Shown piece after piece: positions 1 to 6,471 of a stretch of DNA of 64,000 nucleotides. Position numbers and translations under genes: made by a program. Each line of letters begins with the position of its first letter. The first letter of the stretch is position 1. The notes under the pieces are model-generated. The model did not search any database. It worked only from the letters and a program-made list of their open reading frames with translations, and had not been told where the DNA came from. This DNA comes from Clostridiaceae bacterium (GTDB lineage: Bacteria > Bacillota > Clostridia > TANB77 > CAG-508), in the NCBI GenBank assembly GCA_021771025.1, contig JAETPW010000007.1, forward strand, positions 60,744 through 124,743, read 5' to 3'.

Positions 1-279
1 TTTAAACCAGAATTTGGAAGTAAAATGAGTTTTTATTTAACAGCATTAGATGAACAAGTAAAAGATGAAAATGATAATGCATCTATTGGAATTATATTAT
101 GCCAAAGCAAAAGCGATAAAATAGTAGATTACACCTTAAAATATATAAATAGACCAGTTGGAGTAAGTGAATATAAAATATTTAATAAATTGCCAGAAAA
201 CATATTAAAAGAACTACCCAAGAAAGAAGATATCATAATTCATTTAGAAGAGGGGGAAGAATACTATGGAAGAAAATAA
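1..279 (+). CDS. DUF1016 (YhcG-like) PD-(D/E)xK nuclease family protein, C-terminal fragment (5' end lies outside the window)
   Basis: The reading frame is open from position 1. Its C-terminus (SIGIILCQSKSDKIVDYTLKYINRPVGVSEYKIFNKLPENILKELP) aligns closely with the C-terminus of the DUF1016 protein at 46122-47174 (TIGLLLCEDKDKLTVEWSLKGVNAPIGVASYKVKNVIPKEIMEKLP). Confidence 0.6.
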   Translation, partial: FKPEFGSKMSFYLTALDEQVKDENDNASIGIILCQSKSDKIVDYTLKYINRPVGVSEYKIFNKLPENILKELPKKEDIIIHLEEGEEYYGRK

Positions 280-1189
280 AAATTATCACAAAACTTCAAT
301 CAACTGGTACCCCGGTCATATGGCAAAAACAAGAAGACAAATAACAGAAGACTTATCCCTAATCGACGTAGTCATCGAACTCTTAGACGCCAGAATTCCC
401 ATTTCAAGCCAAAACCCTGACATAGCCAAAATCACCCAAGGCAAAAAAAGAATTATCGTCTTAAATAAATGTGATCTAGCAGAAGAAAGAGAAAACCAAA
501 AATGGGTAGCCTATTTCCAAAAGCAAGGAATACCAGCCATTTTAACAGATGCCAGCTCAGGTAAAGGTATCGAAAATCTACTAAAAGAAATCGAAAAAGT
601 CATGGAATCAGAAACTGAAAAACAAAAGCAAAAAGGTAGAATCGGAAGAAAAATTCGTGCCATGATATTAGGAATCCCCAACGTAGGGAAATCCTCACTA
701 ATCAACCGAATCACCAAAAAATCCACAGCAGGTGTAGGAAACAAACCAGGAGTAACCAGACAAAAACAATGGATACACATCAATGACAAAATAGAACTAC
801 TAGACACCCCAGGAGTATTATGGCCAAAATTTCAAACTGACGAAATAGCCTATCATCTAGCATTTACCGGAACCATTAAAGAGGACATACTAGACAAACT
901 TGAAGTAGCCTATCAGTTAACCAAATTCTTGCTAGAAAACCAATGTGAAAAATTGCTCACCAGATATCAACTATCCATAGAGCAAATTAAAGAAATACAA
1001 GAAAAGCCCCAACCAGAAAACGAAAACATCTACGAAATCATGTTACTCATCGGAAAAAAACGAGGATGCGTAATCTCAGGAGGAAAAATAGACGAAGAAA
1101 AAACAGCCAGAATTCTATTAGATGAATTTAAAAATGGTGTATTAGGCAAAATAACCATAGAAACCCGAATTGGGGACGGGGTAAAATGA
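266..1189 (+). CDS. rbgA: ribosome biogenesis GTPase A (YlqF/RbgA)
   Basis: N-terminal INWYPGHMAKTRRQ motif; circularly permuted GTPase motifs (NKCDL before GIPNVGKSSLIN, then DTPG). Confidence 0.9.
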   Translation: MEENKNYHKTSINWYPGHMAKTRRQITEDLSLIDVVIELLDARIPISSQNPDIAKITQGKKRIIVLNKCDLAEERENQKWVAYFQKQGIPAILTDASSGKGIENLLKEIEKVMESETEKQKQKGRIGRKIRAMILGIPNVGKSSLINRITKKSTAGVGNKPGVTRQKQWIHINDKIELLDTPGVLWPKFQTDEIAYHLAFTGTIKEDILDKLEVAYQLTKFLLENQCEKLLTRYQLSIEQIKEIQEKPQPENENIYEIMLLIGKKRGCVISGGKIDEEKTARILLDEFKNGVLGKITIETRIGDGVK

Positions 1190-1228
1190 GGGAATTTTAC
1201 CCATTTTAGGGACAGGGTGAATACAAAT
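1170..1228. repeat. intergenic repeat family A (GGGGACGGGG - hairpin GGTAAAAT/ATTTTACC - AGGGACAGGG)
   Basis: Near-identical copies lie at 34584-34641 and 36686-36741, and in reverse orientation at 59928-59972. This copy supplies the last codons and the stop of rbgA. Confidence 0.7.
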
Positions 1229-1331
1229 AAGCCTAATAGCCAAAAAAGAAAAACATAAAGTGAGAAGAAGAGGAAACAAGAGCCAAAAGGTTCAGATCTG
1301 AATAAAGAAGGAGTTAGTATAGGAAAAAGAA

Positions 1332-1742
1332 ATGGAACAAGTATTAGAATTTAATCGAACCAAAGAAGAAGTTAATTTATTATCACCATTAACTTGGGCA
1401 TATGTGGGGGACTGTGTATATGAGTTATTCATTCGCACAAAATTGGTCGATGAAACTAATTTGAAACCCCATGCGTTACATAGAAAAGCGATTCAATGCG
1501 TCAAAGCAAAGGCTCAGGCAGATTTATTGCTTGCAATACATGAACAATTAACAGAGGAAGAAAAAAACATTGTTAGGCGTGGACGAAATGCTGAGAATCA
1601 TCACTTACCTAAAAATGCCAATGTCCAAGAATATATGTATTCAACAGCTTTTGAAGCATTAATTGGTTATTTATACATGACGAAACAAGAAGAAAGGCTA
1701 AAAGAAATTTTTGATTTATGTGTACGAAATTTATCCATATGA
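1332..1742 (+). CDS. mrnC: mini-ribonuclease 3 (Mini-III, MrnC)
   Basis: Roughly 135-aa RNase III-like protein with LSPLTWAYVGDCVYELFIR, typical of Mini-III. Confidence 0.85.
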   Translation: MEQVLEFNRTKEEVNLLSPLTWAYVGDCVYELFIRTKLVDETNLKPHALHRKAIQCVKAKAQADLLLAIHEQLTEEEKNIVRRGRNAENHHLPKNANVQEYMYSTAFEALIGYLYMTKQEERLKEIFDLCVRNLSI

Positions 1743-1789
1743 GTTGACGAATCGTAAAAAAAATGATAAACTGATGAAGTATCATTTTT

Positions 1790-1864
1790 GGCCCGTTGGT
1801 CAAGCGGTTAAGACGCCACCCTCTCAAGGTGGAATCATGGGTTCGATTCCCGTACGGGTCACCA
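1790..1864 (+). tRNA. tRNA-Glu (anticodon CUC)
   Basis: 75-nt cloverleaf: acceptor GGCCCGU/ACGGGUC, anticodon stem CCACC/GGUGG with loop CUCUCAA, T-arm GGTTCGATTCC, encoded CCA. It closely resembles Bacillus tRNA-Glu. Confidence 0.85.
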
Positions 1865-1949
1865 ATTAAAAGGGAGTAGCTTTCCATTACTAATCAACAA
1901 TCGCGTTGCTACAAAAGCATCTGGTTAGTAAGCTTAAATTAAGTAAGCG

Positions 1950-2005
1950 AGACTTTTAAAAGAAATATAGGAAACTGAATTTCTTTTAAAAGTCTTGTTT
2001 TTTTG
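1950..2005 (+). terminator. rho-independent terminator after tRNA-Glu
   Basis: Hairpin AGACTTTTAAAAGAAAT...ATTTCTTTTAAAAGTCT followed by a T8 run. Confidence 0.6.
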
Positions 2006-2063
2006 TTAAGAAAAAGAATGATTTTGAAGAAATTCGTTCACAATACTAAAAGGGAGGAATATC

Positions 2064-4793
2064 ATGGAAAAGAAAATTTGGTTTACCAAAAGCATCGAAG
2101 AAGTAAAACAAGAATTACAAACAGATGAGGCAAATGGATTATCCTCAGAGGAAGTCAAAAAACGTCAAGAACAGTATGGGCTAAACGAATTACAAGCAGC
2201 CAAAAAGAAAAAACTATGGCAACGATTTTTAGATCAATTCAAAGATTTTTCCATCATTGTCTTAATCATTGCTGCCATTGTTTCAGGGGTAGTAGGAGTA
2301 GCAGAAGGCGAAGGAATTACGGATACGATTATTATTTTAATTGTTGTTTTAGTCAATGCCATTATTGGTATAGCTCAAGAAAGTAAAGCCGAAAAATCAT
2401 TAGAGGCTCTTCAACAACTAAGTAATCACGCAGCAAAAGTGATTCGTAATGGAACAATGGAAGTCATCCCTGCTAAAGAACTTGTACCAGGAGATGTTAT
2501 CGTTTTAGATACAGGAGATTATATTCCAGCAGATTTACGTGTAATAGAAGCCATCAATTTAAAATCACAAGAAAGTTCACTAACCGGAGAATCTGTCCCA
2601 GTAGAAAAAACAACAGGCAAGATTGATGATGAAGAAGTAGGAATAGGCGATAGAACCAATCTATTATTTTCTTCTAGCCTAATTACTTATGGCAGAGGAA
2701 AAGGAATTGTTGTTTCTACCGGTATGGAAACCGAAGTAGGAAAAATAGCCGGAATGATCAATAACACCGAAAAGCAAGAAACACCCTTACAGCGAAAATT
2801 AAATCAGTTAGGAAAAACATTAGGAACAGCAGCTTTACTCATTTGCGTATTCATTTTTGTTTTAGGACTATTCCAAGGAAAAGAACCAATTCATATGTTT
2901 ATGACAGCGGTATCGTTAGCAGTAGCAGCTATTCCAGAAGGGTTAGTAGCGGTATCTACCATTGTTCTTGCTATAGGGGTACAAAAAATGGTAAAACGTC
3001 ATGCCATCGTGAAAAGGCTTCCAGCAGTAGAGACATTAGGTGGGGCAACTGTCATTTGTTCAGATAAAACAGGAACGTTAACACAAAACAAAATGACCGT
3101 AGAAAAAATCTTTTGGAACGATTCTTTAAGAGAGTTAAAAGATATTCAAGAATCAGAAATGGACCAAGAATTAAAACAACTAGTCTATGCCAATATGTTA
3201 TGCAATGACACCAAAATAGGCAAAGAAGGGACACTAACAGGAGACCCAACCGAAACCGCGTTAGTTGATATGGCATTTGCTTTAAATTTCGATCCAAGCA
3301 TTTATGACCGTACCCCAAGAATAGAAGAAGTACCTTTTGACTCAGATCGAAAATTAATGACAACCGTCAACAAGGTAGGAAATGAATATGTCGTTTATAC
3401 CAAAGGAGGAATAGACGAATTATTAAGAAGATGTAACTCCTATGTATTAAATGGGGAAATATATCCTCAGATAGACCAATATATGCCTAAAATCAGAAAA
3501 GAAAACGAGGCAATGGCAAAAGAAGCATTACGTGTATTAGGATGTGCTTACAAAAAAATAGACCATCAGCCAAGTAAAGAAGAAATGGAAAAGATAGAGC
3601 AAGACCTTACCTTTATTGGTATGGTAGGAATGATTGATCCTCCAAGAGAAGAGGCTAAAAAGGCAGTAGAAACGTGTAAAATGGCGGGAATCAAAACCGT
3701 AATGATTACCGGAGATCACAAAATTACTGCTATTGCTATTGCCAAAAAATTAGGCATTATTGAGCAAGAAGACGAAGCATTAACTGGATTAGAATTAGAA
3801 CAAATGTCAGATGAAGAGTTAACCAAAAACATTAGAAAATATGCAGTATATGCTCGAGTTTCACCAGAACACAAAGTTCGTATCGTTAAAGCTTGGCAAA
3901 AAAACGGTGAAATTGTAGCCATGACAGGGGACGGAGTAAACGATAGCCCAGCCTTAAAAACGTCTGATATTGGTTGTGCTATGGGAATTGTTGGTACAGA
4001 TGTAGCAAAAGAAGCGGCAGATGTTATCCTAACTGATGACAATTTTGCAACCATTGTATCAGCCGTAGAAGAAGGAAGAAGAATATACGATAATATCTTA
4101 AAAGTAATTCAATTCTTACTATCTAGCAATGTAGGAGAAATTTTTGTTTTATTATTTGCTACTTTACTTACTCCTTTATTTGCCCAGTGGTTCGGCATAA
4201 CCGACATTAATCATTTAGAAATATTATTACCAATTCATATTTTGTGGATTAATTTAGTCACTGATTCATTGCCAGCTTTAGCCTTAGCCTTTGATCCAGC
4301 AAACCGTGATATTATGAAACGAAAACCAGTAAAACCAAGCCAAGGAGTATTCACCAAAGGAATGATTTGGCGAGTGATTTACCAAGGAGTTATGATTGGT
4401 GGACTTACTTTAGCAGCCTTTATGATTGGCCTTGCGACGACAACAGAGCCAATTGGAAACTTAAGTTTAGATGCTTCTAAAATTGAAATAGGGCAAACGA
4501 TGGCATTTATGACATTAGCTTTATCTGAGTTAGTTCATGTATTTAATGTAAGAGATAATAAAAACTCACTAGTTAAAACAAAAGTATTTAATAATACTAA
4601 ATTGATCTGGGCGGTATTAGCTTCGGCAACGCTAATGTTTGTTATTGTAGGTGTGCCTGGATTAAGAGAGGTATTTAGTATACCACTTCTTCCAAAGGAA
4701 AATGTGATTGAATTGGTTGCTTTGATTTTAGCACCAGTTGTGATTGTTGAATTGTTTAAGTTGATTAAAATAAATACTACAAAGGATGAGTAA
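2064..4793 (+). CDS. P-type cation-translocating ATPase (Ca2+-ATPase, PMCA/SERCA-like, type IIA)
   Basis: DKTGTLT phosphorylation motif, TGDGVNDSPALK, a cation-ATPase N-terminus, and ten predicted transmembrane segments; 909 aa. Confidence 0.9.
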   Translation: MEKKIWFTKSIEEVKQELQTDEANGLSSEEVKKRQEQYGLNELQAAKKKKLWQRFLDQFKDFSIIVLIIAAIVSGVVGVAEGEGITDTIIILIVVLVNAIIGIAQESKAEKSLEALQQLSNHAAKVIRNGTMEVIPAKELVPGDVIVLDTGDYIPADLRVIEAINLKSQESSLTGESVPVEKTTGKIDDEEVGIGDRTNLLFSSSLITYGRGKGIVVSTGMETEVGKIAGMINNTEKQETPLQRKLNQLGKTLGTAALLICVFIFVLGLFQGKEPIHMFMTAVSLAVAAIPEGLVAVSTIVLAIGVQKMVKRHAIVKRLPAVETLGGATVICSDKTGTLTQNKMTVEKIFWNDSLRELKDIQESEMDQELKQLVYANMLCNDTKIGKEGTLTGDPTETALVDMAFALNFDPSIYDRTPRIEEVPFDSDRKLMTTVNKVGNEYVVYTKGGIDELLRRCNSYVLNGEIYPQIDQYMPKIRKENEAMAKEALRVLGCAYKKIDHQPSKEEMEKIEQDLTFIGMVGMIDPPREEAKKAVETCKMAGIKTVMITGDHKITAIAIAKKLGIIEQEDEALTGLELEQMSDEELTKNIRKYAVYARVSPEHKVRIVKAWQKNGEIVAMTGDGVNDSPALKTSDIGCAMGIVGTDVAKEAADVILTDDNFATIVSAVEEGRRIYDNILKVIQFLLSSNVGEIFVLLFATLLTPLFAQWFGITDINHLEILLPIHILWINLVTDSLPALALAFDPANRDIMKRKPVKPSQGVFTKGMIWRVIYQGVMIGGLTLAAFMIGLATTTEPIGNLSLDASKIEIGQTMAFMTLALSELVHVFNVRDNKNSLVKTKVFNNTKLIWAVLASATLMFVIVGVPGLREVFSIPLLPKENVIELVALILAPVVIVELFKLIKINTTKDE

Positions 4794-4961
4794 GGTTAAT
4801 TTATCCTCGAAAGATCACTTTCTTTTTATCTTACTTTAGCGTTGGAAATAGTTAGATTTAGTTAGTGAAAGAAAATAAGTAATGAATAAAACCAGTGAAT
4901 ACTATCTCTAAATATAGTATTCATTGGTTTTTGTCGTTACTAGATAATAGTTTTTACGAAT

Positions 4962-5160
4962 GAGTCCGCTCTGAACCCAAGGCATCTGTAGTATTTTTGG
5001 GATAAATTTAGTCTTCCATAGCAGGGGCATTTTAAAACCCTTAAGTCCCTAACGAAGAGGCCTGTAATCGGGTTTTAAGGCTGACGCGGGTCTTAGGGAA
5101 CTGTCAGACGTAAATTTATCCCAAAAATACTACAGATACCTTGGGTTCAGAGCTACTTTG
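4962..5160. repeat. MITE-like structured repeat, family S, copy 1 (about 199 bp with about 50-bp terminal inverted repeats)
   Basis: The left arm AGTCCGCTCTGAACCCAAGGCATCTGTAGTATTTTTGGGATAAATTTA is the reverse complement of the right arm. The conserved core TCCATAGCAGGGGCATTTTAAAACCCTTAAGTCCC...GGGTTTTAAGGC...TCTTAGGGAACTG is shared with copies at 55959-56156 and 58988-59106. Confidence 0.8.
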
Positions 5161-5265
5161 TTGGAAAAGATTATTCAGTAACTTTTTGTTCATAAATGAT
5201 CTCAATTTGTAGAAAAAAATAAAAAAATATGTTATAGTGTAAAAATAAAATAGGAGGAAAATAAC

Positions 5266-6135
5266 ATGGAATGGGATTTATTTGTTTCACATGCTTCAGA
5301 AGATAAAGATGACATTGTAAAACCGTTAGTCCAAGAATTAGAAAGCTATGGATTAAAAGTATGGTATGATGAATTTGAATTAAAGATAGGAGATAGTTTA
5401 TCAGAGTCAATAGATAAGGGAATTATTCACTCTAAAAATGGTTTACTGATAATCAGTAAAAGTTTTCTGAATAAAAATTGGACCGATTATGAATTAAAAA
5501 GTTTTATTATGAAAGAAACTGAACAAGGCGGAAATATTTTACCAATTTGGCACAATGTTACTAAAAAAGATATGATGAATAGAAGTTTATTTCTTGCCGA
5601 TAAATTTGCATTATCTTCTAGTATAGGAGTAAAAAAATTGGCCATAAAAATTTTACAAAAAATTAGACCAGATATATTAAGTAGTTATGCTTTAAAAAGT
5701 GCTGTTAGAAATGCTTATGCAGAAGAAAAGGGAAAATCAGAGAAAGTTAGCATTGAAGAGTTAAGAGATGGAAAAATAGTCCACAAATCACTTCCTAACT
5801 ATATTGTAGCTTCAAGCTTTTTGATTAGTCAAATATTTTCTGATGTATGGGATTCAGATTTTAATGACTTTATTGAAAACCTAGCAAGGGATTGGGATTA
5901 TGATAGAGAATTTTTTATCTGGAATGTCATTACCAGTTCCTATTTGATGTTTATCAGAAATAATAAAATTTCTTTTGATGATACGAAGAAGAAGAGAAAG
6001 GTCTTTGGTGATTTAGTTAATTTGTCATTTGGAATTGTAGAGCCAACTTTTCTTAGTAAAGATGAATTTAATATTTTAATACAGATTTATAAGTATAATT
6101 ATGATTTTATAGATCAATTTGGTCTGAAATCGTGA
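5266..6135 (+). CDS. TIR-domain protein (N-terminal Toll/interleukin-1 receptor domain, about 135 aa, plus an uncharacterised roughly 150-aa C-terminal domain)
   Basis: DLFVSHASEDKD box 1, VWYDEFELKIGDSL, and NWTDYELKSF, which matches the catalytic-glutamate motif WCLDEL of NADase TIRs. Strong SD site AGGAGG 8 nt upstream. Very AT-rich gene with no partner gene. Confidence 0.85.
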   Translation: MEWDLFVSHASEDKDDIVKPLVQELESYGLKVWYDEFELKIGDSLSESIDKGIIHSKNGLLIISKSFLNKNWTDYELKSFIMKETEQGGNILPIWHNVTKKDMMNRSLFLADKFALSSSIGVKKLAIKILQKIRPDILSSYALKSAVRNAYAEEKGKSEKVSIEELRDGKIVHKSLPNYIVASSFLISQIFSDVWDSDFNDFIENLARDWDYDREFFIWNVITSSYLMFIRNNKISFDDTKKKRKVFGDLVNLSFGIVEPTFLSKDEFNILIQIYKYNYDFIDQFGLKS

Positions 6136-6261
6136 TTAAAAGTATTTACACGTATTTTTGTATGGTCAATTATCCTAATCAAGGCTGAAAAGAAACATTC
6201 TGTTCACAGTTTTTGTCATTTAGTTCCCTCTACCTACTCTATAATTTATATGCTTGTCGAA

Positions 6262-6355
6262 GGTAACGAATAAACGTAACTACTCAGATGGTGCATAAAT
6301 CTAGTCCGCTCTCAAGGGGATATAGGAAGACCATCTGAGTAGTTACCGAATAAAC
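6262..6355. repeat. hairpin element with flanking 9-bp direct repeat (related to family S; contains the AGTCCGCTCT motif)
   Basis: 17-bp perfect inverted repeat GTAACTACTCAGATGGT/ACCATCTGAGTAGTTAC around a roughly 37-nt loop carrying TAGTCCGCTCTCAAGG, flanked by CGAATAAAC on both sides. Confidence 0.6.
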
Positions 6356-6383
6356 TAAAAAAGCAAAAAATACTCAAAAACGT

Positions 6384-6412
6384 TTGACAAAAAGATAATT
6401 TTAATAGATAAT
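6384..6412 (+). promoter_or_regulatory. sigma-A-type promoter for the alpha-glucan phosphorylase gene
   Basis: TTGACA, 17-nt spacer, GATAAT, about 60 nt upstream of the start. Confidence 0.5.
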
Positions 6413-6471
6413 AGAATTGTCAATCAACAATAGAAAAAAATAAAAAAAGATACTAAGGAGGATCAATAAAA

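Noticed and set aside
511-807. Antisense ORFs inside well-supported genes (for example 511-807, 3052-3363, 3716-4054, 7416-7616, 9696-9902, 21908-22273, 23206-23409, 35182-35409, 37458-37649, 49358-49741, 49910-50245, 59283-59756, 60539-61872)
   Set aside because: Each lies wholly within a conserved CDS on the opposite strand, with no independent support.
1609-1887. ORF 1609-1887 on the minus strand
   Set aside because: It is antisense to mrnC and runs through tRNA-Glu, so it is spurious.
5266-6135. Classifying the TIR gene as Thoeris ThsB
   Set aside because: There is no ThsA (SIR2 or Macro/SLOG) or any other partner within about 10 kb on either side. The neighbours are a Ca-ATPase and glgP. 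It is therefore reported as a standalone TIR candidate.
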